From Candidatus Marinacidobacterales bacterium (lineage in GTDB: Bacteria; Acidobacteriota; Vicinamibacteria; Marinacidobacterales; DATDRI01): a stretch of DNA of 64,000 nucleotides. The position numbers and the translations under genes are program-made. Position 1 is the first letter of the stretch. Each line of letters opens with the position of its first letter. The notes beneath the pieces are model-generated. The model saw nothing but the letters and a program-made list of their open reading frames with translations. It did no database searches and was not told the origin of the DNA. Positions 46,601 to 56,445 of the stretch are shown here, piece after piece. The stretch covers positions 864,001-928,000 of the forward strand of contig OZ245365.1 in assembly GCA_965226495.1 (NCBI GenBank). Reading direction: 5' to 3'.

Positions 46601-48216
46601 GCTGAAGGTGCTCCGCGAATCGTCTCTAGCATCGAGCGATAGCCCGAAGGGTCGACCCGCGCGTCGATCAGCACGGGTCCTTCCGTCGCCAAGGCCGTGG
46701 CAAACGCCTCTTTGAACTCAGTCTCCGTGACCGCGGCAAAGGCCTCGAATCCGAAACCGCGAGCGAGCGTCGGGAAGTCCGGTCCGCAGTAGCTCATGTC
46801 TCGGTCCCCATAGCCCTTCTGCTCCTGCTTGACTTTGATGAGGGAGAGAGTTCGGTCGTTGAACACGACGATGACGATCGGCAAGCCGAGGCGCTTCACG
46901 GTTTCCAGCTCCGCCGCCACCATCATCAGCCCGCCGTCTCCAGTGAAGCAGATGACGGGCCAGTCGGGACGAGCGAGCTGGGCGGCGATGGCGGCGGGAA
47001 GCGCGAAGCCCATCGTGGCCAACCCGTTGCTAATGAGGAAGCTCTGAGGCGCTCGCGCCGTCCAGAAGTGGGTCAGGGGGAACATGTGGGCCCCGGAATC
47101 GACAACGGCGATACTTGGTTCCGGTGCCATTTCCCTGGACATCTGTACGACGCGGTGGGGTGCCAAACCCTCCGTCGGAACCGCCAGTCTTTCGACCACG
47201 GAGCGCTTGAGCTCGGCCAGCGTCTCTCTTTTCCACTCGGTAAGCACATCGCGGCCGAGTTGTGCCATCAGCTCCTGAAGGATCTGTCCCGGCTGACCGG
47301 TGAGGGCGACATCGGGGCGGTAGTAATGAGCCGAGGACGGCTCGCGGCTGATGTGGATGACGGGGCTCTTGTAGGCCCACCGCTTGGGGATCAACTCCAC
47401 ATGGTCGAGCCCGACGGCCACGATCACGTCGGCGGCCCCGACGACGCCCTGCTCGATGGCGGCTCCCGTGAAGATCCCCGCGTGCAGCGGGTGATCGTCC
47501 GGCACGACGCCTTTCGCCTTGTAGGTCGTGAGGACGGGAGCGCCGAGACGCGTGGCCAGCTCTCGGACATGTCGGGTATCCTCATCATCTCGGCACTCTA
47601 ATCCCACAAGCAGCACGGGTCGTCGGGACGAGCGAATCCTCTCGGCGGCCCGGTTCATCCCGGAAATCTCCGTGAGAGGCTCTGGCCCGGGCTCCCCCAC
47701 GAGAGCCGACACGGCGGCCGGCTCGGACGCTACGTCCGCCGGTAGCTCCAGATGCACCGGCCCCCGGGGGTCGGTCAAGGCGAGCTCAACTGCTTCGGCG
47801 ATCTGAGCATGCGCCGTGGTTGGACGGACGATCGTGCTCGCTTTGGCAGCGGTGCCGAGGAGACCTCGGTGGTCGAGAGCTTGGTGGGTCGTAAAGGCAC
47901 GCGTTTCCTCGGGGTGGCGGTCGGTGAAGACGACCAGGGGCGCCCGGTCCAGCCGCGCGTAGGCGACCCCGTTGACCGCGCTCGCCGCTCCCGGTCCCAG
48001 GGCGACGAGGGCGGCACCGGGTTTTCCTGTGAGCTCTCCGGTGACCGCGGCCATGATACAGGCGGCCGTTTCCTGGTGACACAAGACGAAGGGCAGACCG
48101 CAGCGGCGGGCCGCCTCCAGGAGCTCCAGGCTGGAGCCGCCACCGGGAACTCCGAACAACCGCGCCGCTCCCGCGTTCTTGAGACCGCTAAGCAGTACTT
48201 CCGCTACCGAGGACAC
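46597..48216 (-). CDS. ThDP-dependent enzyme (acetolactate synthase-like superfamily)
   Basis: FGVPGGG, HQETAA, GPVHLELP, SNGLATMG and GDGG...VFND motifs. Confidence 0.88.
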   Translation of the reverse strand: MSSVAEVLLSGLKNAGAARLFGVPGGGSSLELLEAARRCGLPFVLCHQETAACIMAAVTGELTGKPGAALVALGPGAASAVNGVAYARLDRAPLVVFTDRHPEETRAFTTHQALDHRGLLGTAAKASTIVRPTTAHAQIAEAVELALTDPRGPVHLELPADVASEPAAVSALVGEPGPEPLTEISGMNRAAERIRSSRRPVLLVGLECRDDEDTRHVRELATRLGAPVLTTYKAKGVVPDDHPLHAGIFTGAAIEQGVVGAADVIVAVGLDHVELIPKRWAYKSPVIHISREPSSAHYYRPDVALTGQPGQILQELMAQLGRDVLTEWKRETLAELKRSVVERLAVPTEGLAPHRVVQMSREMAPEPSIAVVDSGAHMFPLTHFWTARAPQSFLISNGLATMGFALPAAIAAQLARPDWPVICFTGDGGLMMVAAELETVKRLGLPIVIVVFNDRTLSLIKVKQEQKGYGDRDMSYCGPDFPTLARGFGFEAFAAVTETEFKEAFATALATEGPVLIDARVDPSGYRSMLETIRGAPSA

Positions 48217-48219
48217 CGT

Positions 48220-48738
48220 CTACCTCGGTGTCGGATCTTGGCGTCCTGTACTCGGAGGCCATGTCTGCGGGACGTGACCACGCTTGTAAATCATCATGGT
48301 CCGCTTGAACTCGATAATCACCTTCCCGTCCTGATTGAGGCCGGTCGTTTTCACCTTGACGATGCCGACGTTGGGTCGTGACTTGGACTCGCGCTTTTCG
48401 AGGACCTCGCTCTGCGAGTAAACGGTGTCTCCTTCGAAGAGAGGATGCGGCAAGCGCACCTCGTCCCAACCCAGGTTCGCCATGGCGTTCTGGGAGGTGT
48501 CCGTCACCGACTGGCCGGTCACTAGAGCCAGCGTAAACGTGGAATCCACCAGCGGCTTTCCTATCTCGGTCTTGCCGGCGTAGGCGTGATCGAAATGTAG
48601 CGGGTTGGTGTTTTGCGTCAATAGGGTAAACCAGATGTTGTCGGCGGCAATGACGGTCCTTCCGAGTGGGTGGCGATAGATGTCACCGACCTCGAAGTCT
48701 TCGTAAACTCGCCCGGTCCACCCTTCTTTGATTGCCAT
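48220..48738 (-). CDS. MaoC-family (R)-specific hydratase (RipB/Ich-like)
   Basis: GRVYEDFEVG, RTV...DNIWFTLLTQNTNPLHFD and NLGWDEV motifs. Confidence 0.88.
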   Translation of the reverse strand: MAIKEGWTGRVYEDFEVGDIYRHPLGRTVIAADNIWFTLLTQNTNPLHFDHAYAGKTEIGKPLVDSTFTLALVTGQSVTDTSQNAMANLGWDEVRLPHPLFEGDTVYSQSEVLEKRESKSRPNVGIVKVKTTGLNQDGKVIIEFKRTMMIYKRGHVPQTWPPSTGRQDPTPR

Positions 48739-48803
48739 GGTCTTAACCTCACCTGGTCAACGGGCCACCATTGAGAATAATCTTGTAGAAATTCGCTTCA
48801 GGA

Positions 48804-49982
48804 TTAGATCACTCCCGCCCGTCGGAGCGTTTCGAAAGTGCTCGAATCGAATCCCAGCTCCCGGAGGATGGCCTCGGTGTGCTGGCCCAGGGCCGGAACG
48901 GCTTCCATCAAGGGCTCGACCCCCTCCATGATCACGGGAGGAAGGAGAACCCGCACTGGGCCCGCAGGGGAGTCCACTTCCTGCCAGCGTTCGCGGGCGG
49001 CAAGCTGCGGGTGCTCCAAAAACTCCTGAACGCTTCTCATACGACCATGGGCAATCTGCGCCTGCCCGAGGCGCTCCACAACCTGCCGAGAGCTGAGTTC
49101 CTGAAACGACGACTCGATCAGGGCATGGAGAGCCTCACGATTCCGAACACGCTTCGAGTTGGAGTCGAAGCGGGGGTCCTCCGCCAGCTCGGGACGCTTC
49201 AAGACATGCTTGCAAAAGCGCTTCCACTCCGTCTCGTTCTGGACGGCGAGATACACGACGTCACCCCCACCGCTCGCAAAAGGTCCGTAAGGGGCAATCG
49301 CGGCGTGGCTCGGTCCGGTTCGAGGTGGGGCCGAGCCTCCATAGCCGGTGTAAAGCGCCGGATAGCCCATCCACTCTCCCAGCGCGTCGAGAAGAGAGAC
49401 TTCGATGGCCAGTCCCTCACCGGTTTTGGCCCGACAAAGAAGTGCTGACAGAACCCCCGCGTAGGCATACGTACCGGCCGCGATGTCGGCGACGGAGATC
49501 CCCACCTTGGAAGGAGTCTCCTCGGTTCCGGTGATGGAGATGAGTCCCGTCTCTGCCTGGACGAGCAGATCGTAAGCTTTCTCCTCTCGCAATGGACCCG
49601 ACGAGCCGTAGCCGGAAATCGTGCAGATAATGAGACGGGGGTGCCTTTTTCTCAAGTCCAGCGACCCCAGTCCGAGCCGGTCCACGGCACCCGGCGCCAG
49701 GTTGTGAATGAACACGTCCGCCTTGGCCAGAAGCTGGTCCACGATGGAACGAGCTTCTTCTTGTTTGAGGTCGAGGGTGAGGGATTCCTTCGACCGGTTG
49801 AGCCAGACGAAATGACTGGACAAGCCCTTGACGGTCGTGTCGTAGGAGCGAGCGAAGTCGCCGATCTTCGGGCGCTCGATCTTGATCACCCGCGCGCCGA
49901 GATCGGCGAGCTGGCGACTGGCAAAGGGGCCCGCCACGGCTTGCTCGACGGCGACGACGGTGATCCCGTCCAGTGGAAGCAT
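48804..49982 (-). CDS. CaiB/BaiF family III CoA-transferase
   Basis: PLDGITV, AGPFASRQLADLGARVIKIE, NRSKES, KAYD and ADIAAG motifs. Confidence 0.92.
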   Translation of the reverse strand: MLPLDGITVVAVEQAVAGPFASRQLADLGARVIKIERPKIGDFARSYDTTVKGLSSHFVWLNRSKESLTLDLKQEEARSIVDQLLAKADVFIHNLAPGAVDRLGLGSLDLRKRHPRLIICTISGYGSSGPLREEKAYDLLVQAETGLISITGTEETPSKVGISVADIAAGTYAYAGVLSALLCRAKTGEGLAIEVSLLDALGEWMGYPALYTGYGGSAPPRTGPSHAAIAPYGPFASGGGDVVYLAVQNETEWKRFCKHVLKRPELAEDPRFDSNSKRVRNREALHALIESSFQELSSRQVVERLGQAQIAHGRMRSVQEFLEHPQLAARERWQEVDSPAGPVRVLLPPVIMEGVEPLMEAVPALGQHTEAILRELGFDSSTFETLRRAGVI

Positions 49983-51145
49983 TAATAAGACCGGGGGAGT
50001 CCCAGCGTGTGCTCGGCCACATACGCCAGAATGAGGTTCGTCGAGATCGGAGCGACCTGATAGAGCCTCGTCTCTCGAAACTTGCGCTCGATGTCGTACT
50101 CTTCGGCGAAGCCGAAGCCGCCGTGGGTCTGAACGGCGACGTTGGCCGCCTCCCAGGAGGCGTCTGCCGCCAAGAGCTTGGCCATGTTGGCTTCAGCCCC
50201 ACAGGGCTTGCCGCGATCGAAAAGCGCCGCAGACTCGAAACGCATGAGGTCCGCAGCTTCTACATTAATATGGGCGCGCGCAATGGGGAACTGAACGCCT
50301 TGGTTCTGGCCGATGGGCCGGCCGAAGACCACGCGTTCTTTGGCATAACGGCAGGACCGATCGAGGAACCAGCGCCCGTCACCGATGCACTCGGCAGCGA
50401 TGAGAATCCGCTCGGCGTTCAAGCCGTCGAGAAGGTAGCGAAAACCCTTGCCCTCGGCGCCGATCAAGTTCTCGACCGGAACTTCGAGCTCCTCGATGAA
50501 GAGCTCCGTTGAATGATGGTTCATCATGGTGCGAATAGGCCGAATGGTGATGCCGTTGCCGACCGCCTGGCGCAGGTCAACCAACAAGATGGACAGTCCA
50601 TCGGTTCGTTTCTCAACTTGCTCAGCCGGCGTGGTGCGAGCCAGGAGGAGAAGCAAGTCCGAATGTTCGGCCCGCGAGATGAACACCTTTTGGCCGTTGA
50701 CCACATACTTGTCACCCTTCCGCACCGCCGTCGTCTTGAGCTGGGTCGTATCCGAGCCGGTCGTGGGCTCGGTCACGCCGAAGGCTTGCAAGCGTACCTC
50801 GCCGCGGGCAACGGCCGGCAGGTACTGTTTCTTCTGGCGATCCGATCCGTGTCGAAGCAGCGTCCCCATGATGTACATTTGTGCGTGGCAAACGGCGGCA
50901 TTACCCTCGGAGTGGTTGATCTCCTCCAGGATCAGGCTCGCTTCCAGGACGCCCAATCCGATGCCGCCGTGTTCTTCGGGGATGAGTGCTGCCAGCCAGC
51001 CTCCTTCGGTGAGGGCTTCGACGAAGGCCGCCGGGTACCCCCCCCGACGATCCAAATCGCGCCAATACTCTCCCGGGAAGCCGCTGCAGATCTCGCGGAC
51101 GCCCTTTCTTATCTGTTCTTGCTCAGGGGTATGCTGAAACGGCAT
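49982..51145 (-). CDS. Acyl-CoA dehydrogenase
   Basis: FGVTEPTTGSD, NGQKVFIS, RVVFGRPIG.NQ and QTHGGFGF...DIER motifs. ATG at 51145. Confidence 0.92.
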   Translation of the reverse strand: MPFQHTPEQEQIRKGVREICSGFPGEYWRDLDRRGGYPAAFVEALTEGGWLAALIPEEHGGIGLGVLEASLILEEINHSEGNAAVCHAQMYIMGTLLRHGSDRQKKQYLPAVARGEVRLQAFGVTEPTTGSDTTQLKTTAVRKGDKYVVNGQKVFISRAEHSDLLLLLARTTPAEQVEKRTDGLSILLVDLRQAVGNGITIRPIRTMMNHHSTELFIEELEVPVENLIGAEGKGFRYLLDGLNAERILIAAECIGDGRWFLDRSCRYAKERVVFGRPIGQNQGVQFPIARAHINVEAADLMRFESAALFDRGKPCGAEANMAKLLAADASWEAANVAVQTHGGFGFAEEYDIERKFRETRLYQVAPISTNLILAYVAEHTLGLPRSY

Positions 51146-51308
51146 TGAGCTCTCGCGATTCCCATGTTCTCGAAGCGGAACACCCTGCGATTCTATACCA
51201 GGCACCACCTCTGGGAACATCACACGGGTGCGGAGATCTCGCGCTCTTCGTCAATCTGGACGGAGAGCGGGGGTTCTTCGCCGCCCCCTATAAGGCGGCG
51301 GATAGGCC

Positions 51309-52616
51309 TGTCCCTCGTCAATACTCGTCAGCCTGTGCAATCAAGGTCTTACCACCCGCTTGAGTTCCGGGCCGAAGAAAGCGAAACTCCGCCGCCATGC
51401 TCCGTGTACTCATTTTCTTCGTCTCTCTCGGCGCCCGTGCGTTGCGGGCGATGTGTCGGCGGCGGGCCGACCTGGTGATGGAAAACCTCGCTCTGAGGCA
51501 GCAGTGACGGCGTTCAAGAAAGAGCGACCCCGGCCACCCCTCGACGACACGGACCGCGCATTCTGGGTTGCGCTCCGAAGCTCGTGGCCGGCGTGGGCGA
51601 GCCGCTTGGTCATCGTCAACGCAGACACAGTCAAGCAGTGGAATCGGGAACGATTCCGACGATACTGGACTCGGATCTCACGCAGACGCTATCCAGGCCG
51701 ACCTCGGATTGACGCCGAGATTCGCCGACTCGTCCGCACGATGTCGCAAGACGGCTGGGGCGCACCTCGTATCCACGCCGAGCTCATGAAGCTCGGCTTC
51801 ATCATCTCGGAGAAGACGGTGTCGCGATACATGCCGCGGCTCCCAGCGGAGCCCAATCAGGTCAAGCGTTGGGTAGTGTTCTTGCGGAACCACAAGGACG
51901 ACATTGCCGCCATGGATCTGTTCACCGCGCCGACCGCGTCGCTTCGGCTGCTGTACGGCTTCTTCGTCATCGAGCACGGCCGCCGCCATATCTTGCACTT
52001 CAACGCCACATTCCATCCGACCTCGGCCTGGGTGATGCAGCAACTGCGTGAGGCATTTCCGTACGACACCGCGCCGCGATACCTCATCTTGGACCGCGAC
52101 TCCATATTCAGCCCCGCGGTGGTCGGGTTCATAAGGGCCATGGGCACAAAGCCTGTTCGCATTTCGTATCGGAGCCCTTGGCAAAATGGCACCGCTGAGC
52201 GCTGGATCGGAAACTGCCGGGGCGAGCTCCTTGAACATGTCGTAGTCCTCGGCGAGCGCCATCTCGTGCGGCTCATGCGCTTGTATCTCAGTTACTACCA
52301 TGAAGATCGTTGTCACTTGGGGCTCGAAAACGACACGCCGAACGAGAGACGAATCACGCCGCGACCGTCACCCACGGCGAAAGTTGTCGCACTGCCGCGC
52401 GTCGGTGGACTGCACCACCGCTACGAGTGGAGCGAGGCTGCGTAGCAACGTTTTCGGCCGCATCCGGGGCCCCGAGTCTTGACATCCCCGGCCCTCCTGA
52501 ATCCGCGCTCCCGCTTCAACCCGGCGCCATCTCTCACGCGTTTGAACCCCGTTTCATCGTCCCTTCTCGCTTCGAACGGCTGTTCGTCCCAACCGGATCT
52601 ATAATGACGAGGCACA
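51309..52616 (+). mobile_element. IS element, copy 1 (integrase-core DDE transposase, TG...CA ends)
   Basis: Imperfect terminal IRs TGTCCCTCGTCAATA / TAATGACGAGGCACA; possible 3-bp GCC flanking repeat; 1308 bp. Confidence 0.88.
51397..52445 (+). pseudogene. IS transposase, frameshifted after codon 36
   Basis: MLRVL...ENLALRQQ* (51397-51507) overlaps GTG 51504, which opens the frame carrying WGAPRIHAEL, AMDLF, LILDRD and SPWQNGTAER. Confidence 0.8.
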
Positions 52617-52740
52617 GCCCTTCAACGCCGATGGGCCCATCTCATCCGACGGGTGTTTGAAGTCGACCCCCTCGTTTGCACCCAATGCGCGGGACAACTC
52701 CGCGTCGTGGCCTTCATCACCGAGCCGCGAGTCATCTTCC
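52617..52740 (+). pseudogene. C-terminal remnant of an IS91-like transposase
   Basis: RRWAHLIRRVFEVDPLVCTQCAGQLRVVAFITEPRVI resembles the IS91/Y2 transposase C-terminal Zn-ribbon. Confidence 0.65.
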
Positions 52741-52871
52741 CCATTACCTCGAATGTGCTATTTTCCGGACCCACCGACAGCCGAAGCAATCTCACGAACA
52801 CGAACTCACTAGTCTTGGCTCGCGCGGCCACAGTCAAATTTCCTATGATTTAACGCCATGCGGGTCCCCGG

Positions 52872-53810
52872 CTAGAATTCTCCGGAGTGCGTCCTGATTC
52901 TATCCAAGACCTCTTTGAACGTTGGTCCCGGAGAGAGTAGCAAGCTGTTTATTGACTCAAACTCCTTCTCGAACAAGCGGTAGGTCTTGTCATCGGTGAT
53001 CGTAAAGGCGCTCCGGGCCGCAAACTCCTTCGCATCCTCTCCACGGAGCTTTTCTTGCTTGTAGGTTTGGTAGTCTGTCGTCCCGATAAACTTCTTGACC
53101 CGCTCGAGCTCCAGCAGCTTGTAGAGATCATAGTAATGCCGCATAAACTGGCGAGGACGATCTCTTTCTTCATTCCGATCCCGATACTGCCGGAACCTTT
53201 TGCAAATCGTTTGGAGTTTATCAACGACCGTGTACTCGGGATTGAAGCATTTGACTGCCGTAGCCCGGTTATCAACGACATCAATATTCGCCTGAAGAGC
53301 CTTCTCCAGAGCCCAGCTGGTGAAATCCCTTGGCTCATTCGGAGCTGTCCGTGCGAACCCAATCTCGAGGAGTACCTCGGGTTTCAGCTCAGGCAACGCC
53401 TTGAAGTATGAGTCGAACTTGAGGCTGATCCCTCCGTTCCGAGCCTTCTCATCGTCGTAGGCTCGGTTCCTTTCCACAGCAATCCCTGGAATTTCGAACT
53501 CTTTGGCGAGACCGTCATAAAACTCGCATCGAGCTTCGATGTGGGCAGGCTTCTCTCCTTTGAGGTTCAATCCTTCCGGGGGCTCAAAGCGGATGTCGAT
53601 GTCTTCCGAGAAACGATCAATGCAGCGCCATCCTTTCGAGAGCGAGGTGCCGCCTTTCATTTCAAACTCAAAACCTTTCTGCTTCAATCCCCAAAGGCAA
53701 TGCATGACCCAGTAGTCTTTCTCAATCACGATGGGAAGGAGGTTCTTCTCCGCACCGAGGGTCTCGAACAACGCCTTGGCGTCGGGCAATTCGTGGACCA
53801 ATTTAGGCAA
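52872..53810 (-). CDS. abiEii: AbiEii/AbiGii nucleotidyltransferase toxin
   Basis: IEKDYW, KGGTSLSK, RFSEDID, DKL and RHYYDLY motifs. Confidence 0.9.
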   Translation of the reverse strand: MPKLVHELPDAKALFETLGAEKNLLPIVIEKDYWVMHCLWGLKQKGFEFEMKGGTSLSKGWRCIDRFSEDIDIRFEPPEGLNLKGEKPAHIEARCEFYDGLAKEFEIPGIAVERNRAYDDEKARNGGISLKFDSYFKALPELKPEVLLEIGFARTAPNEPRDFTSWALEKALQANIDVVDNRATAVKCFNPEYTVVDKLQTICKRFRQYRDRNEERDRPRQFMRHYYDLYKLLELERVKKFIGTTDYQTYKQEKLRGEDAKEFAARSAFTITDDKTYRLFEKEFESINSLLLSPGPTFKEVLDRIRTHSGEF

Positions 53811-54375
53811 GCGCCTCTTGCAGGGCTCTTCGTGCAGCGGGGCGTCCGTATCGCTCTAGGTGTTTTCTCACACCTGCCTGGTCGAACTGGTTCAAGCGGG
53901 ACTTCAAATTCCGAAGCACAAGACCCGTATTATCGGGCAGGTGCTTGAGATTGTTGAGCATGTCGACGAGTAGATACTCCTTACTCAGTTTTTCAGGATA
54001 GGCTGGAACCACCCGGAACTTGAAGTGCTTCCCGCCCAGAGAGAAATCGCCTGACCGCTTGTGGTTGTAGACCAGATAGGTGTTATAGACCTGGGTCAGG
54101 CCAAGGCCAAGTTGGTTGTAGTAATTGCAGGAGGTCAGCAGGAAGTCGGCTGTTTTAAGAAAAGCACGCACGAGATCCCGGTCGTCCGGCGGAGTGTTGC
54201 CGAAACGATTCTTACGAGGACGATAGTAGAGTCCCCCGGCCAGTTTCTTGACGTCTCTACTGGCAACAAGCGACCTAAGATCCCGGTCCACGGCCGTCGA
54301 GAAGCCTTTGAGGTGTTGGCGCCGATAGACCCGTCCAGGGCGCATAGATTTTTTTAGCTTATCTGCATTTTTCAT
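53803..54375 (-). CDS. AbiEi-like (DUF6088-like) antitoxin
   Basis: Winged-helix-like AVDRDLRSLV...KKLAGGLYYRP; NQLGLGLTQV; overlaps the toxin start. Confidence 0.78.
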   Translation of the reverse strand: MKNADKLKKSMRPGRVYRRQHLKGFSTAVDRDLRSLVASRDVKKLAGGLYYRPRKNRFGNTPPDDRDLVRAFLKTADFLLTSCNYYNQLGLGLTQVYNTYLVYNHKRSGDFSLGGKHFKFRVVPAYPEKLSKEYLLVDMLNNLKHLPDNTGLVLRNLKSRLNQFDQAGVRKHLERYGRPAARRALQEALA

Positions 54376-54394
54376 GGCTTCTCTCCTCAGGAGT

Positions 54395-54447
54395 AGTATA
54401 GACAGATTCCCGCCCGGATTGCAAGTATTTTATATTATAATACATGC
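54395..54447 (-). promoter_or_regulatory. abiE promoter with overlapping inverted repeat
   Basis: Minus strand TTGCAA-18 bp-TATACT. AT-rich IR GCAAGTATT...AATACATGC (54421-54447) overlaps the -35. RBS GAGGAG. Confidence 0.7.
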
Positions 54448-54498
54448 GAATATATTGGCTATCCTACTTAAAATAAGGATCTTTGCCATTAGTGTGCA

Positions 54499-55137
54499 TG
54501 CCGGCGTTTTCTTCCAAGGCCCCGGGGCGGTGCGCATGGAGAACATGCTCCTCGATTGGATGGCCGATCTGGTGGGATACCCTGAGAGCGCCGCGGGGAG
54601 CTTGAGCTCGGGAGGCAGTATCGCCAACCTTGGCGGGATCGTCGCCGCACGGGATGCCCACGGTTTGAAGGCCAGGGATTTCGAGCGCTCGGTGATCTAC
54701 TTGACCGATCACGTCCACCACTCGGTGGATAAGGCGATCCGCATCGCTGGCCTCGGTGAGTCGGCTCGGACGATCGTACCTGTGGACGCACGTCGTCGAA
54801 TGGACCCCGAGGCCCTTGAGGAGGCGATCCAGAAAGACAAGGCCGCCGGACTGAGCCCCTGGCTCGTCATCGCCTCCGCGGGAACCGCCGACACCGGGGC
54901 GGTGGATCCGCTCGGAAACATAGGCGAGATCGCCAGCCGCCGATCTCTCCCCCGAGTTCAGCAAGCATTTCCGCGCCCTCAGACTTTGGTTGCCGCTGAA
55001 GCTTTTCGGAGTGCGGCCCTTCCGAGCGGCTCTAGAGGAGAAAATGCTTTTGGCTCGCTACTTCTACGAGAAGATTCAGTCCATGGACGGATTCGAGGTC
55101 GGTCCTTTCCCAGACCTCTCGGTGGTCACGTTCCGGT
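54499..55137 (+). pseudogene. Group II PLP-dependent (aromatic amino acid) decarboxylase remnant
   Basis: SGGSIANL, HHSVDKA and AGTADTGAVDPL, then a jump in another frame to DLSPEFSKHFRALRLW. The PLP-lysine region and both termini are missing; the 3' side is cut by IS copy 2. Confidence 0.8.
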
Positions 55138-56445
55138 TGTCCATCGTCAAAACTCGTCAGCCTGTGCAATCAAGGTCTTACCACCCGCTTGAGTTCCGGG
55201 CCGAAGAAAGCGAAACTCCGCCGCCATGCTCCGTGTACTCATTTTCTTCGTCTCTCTCGGCGCCCGTGCGTTGCGGGCGATGTGTCGGCGGCGGGCCGAC
55301 CTGGTGATGGAAAACCTCGCTCTGAGGCAGCAGTGACGGCGTTCAAGAAAGAGCGACCCCGGCCACCCCTCGACGACACGGACCGCGCATTCTGGGTTGC
55401 GCTCCGAAGCTCGTGGCCGGCGTGGGCGAGCCGCTTGGTCATCGTCAACGCAGACACAGTCAAGCAGTGGAATCGGGAACGATTCCGACGATACTGGACT
55501 CGGATCTCACGCAGACGCTATCCAGGCCGACCTCGGATTGACGCCGAGATTCGCCGACTCGTCCGCACGATGTCGCAAGACGGCTGGGGCGCACCTCGTA
55601 TCCACGCCGAGCTCATGAAGCTCGGCTTCATCATCTCGGAGAAGACGGTGTCGCGATACATGCCGCGGCTCCCAGCGGAGCCCAATCAGGTCAAGCGTTG
55701 GGTAGTGTTCTTGCGGAACCACAAGGACGACATTGCCGCCATGGATCTGTTCACCGCGCCGACCGCGTCGCTTCGGCTGCTGTACGGCTTCTTCGTCATC
55801 GAGCACGGCCGCCGCCATATCTTGCACTTCAACGCCACATTCCATCCGACCTCGGCCTGGGTGATGCAGCAACTGCGTGAGGCATTTCCGTACGACACCG
55901 CGCCGCGATACCTCATCTTGGACCGCGACTCCATATTCAGCCCCGCGGTGGTCGGGTTCATAAGGGCCATGGGCACAAAGCCTGTTCGCATTTCGTATCG
56001 GAGCCCTTGGCAAAATGGCACCGCTGAGCGCTGGATCGGAAACTGCCGGGGCGAGCTCCTTGAACATGTCGTAGTCCTCGGCGAGCGCCATCTCGTGCGG
56101 CTCATGCGCTTGTATCTCAGTTACTACCATGAAGATCGTTGTCACTTGGGGCTCGAAAACGACACGCCGAACGAGAGACGAATCACGCCGCGACCGTCAC
56201 CCACGGCGAAAGTTGTCGCACTGCCGCGCGTCGGTGGACTGCACCACCGCTACGAGTGGAGCGAGGCTGCGTAGCAACGTTTTCGGCCGCATCCGGGGCC
56301 CCGAGTCTTGACATCCCCGGCCCTCCTGAATCCGCGCTCCCGCTTCAACCCGGCGCCATCTCTCACGCGTTTGAACCCCGTTTCATCGTCCCTTCTCGCT
56401 TCGAACGGCTGTTCGTCCCAACCGGATCTATAATGACGAGGCACA
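55138..56445 (+). mobile_element. IS element, copy 2 (direct repeat of copy 1)
   Basis: Offset 3829 bp. The internal ORF translations in the track are identical to copy 1; two differences seen in the left IR. Confidence 0.88.

Noticed and set aside
46597-48216. Sulfoacetaldehyde acetyltransferase Xsc partnering ComDE
   Set aside because: It lacks the Xsc-type N-terminal FGIIGSA pattern as I recall it, and it belongs to the opposite-strand operon. Left as a generic ThDP enzyme.
48768-48790. Fur box (TTGAGAATAATCTTG) between the CoA-transferase and MaoC genes
   Set aside because: Only one half-site matches, and the position inside an operon gives no support.
54374-54498. N-terminus of the 272-aa ORF as real coding sequence
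   Set aside because: It is read-through of the AT-rich abiE promoter region; decarboxylase similarity begins only at about 54499.
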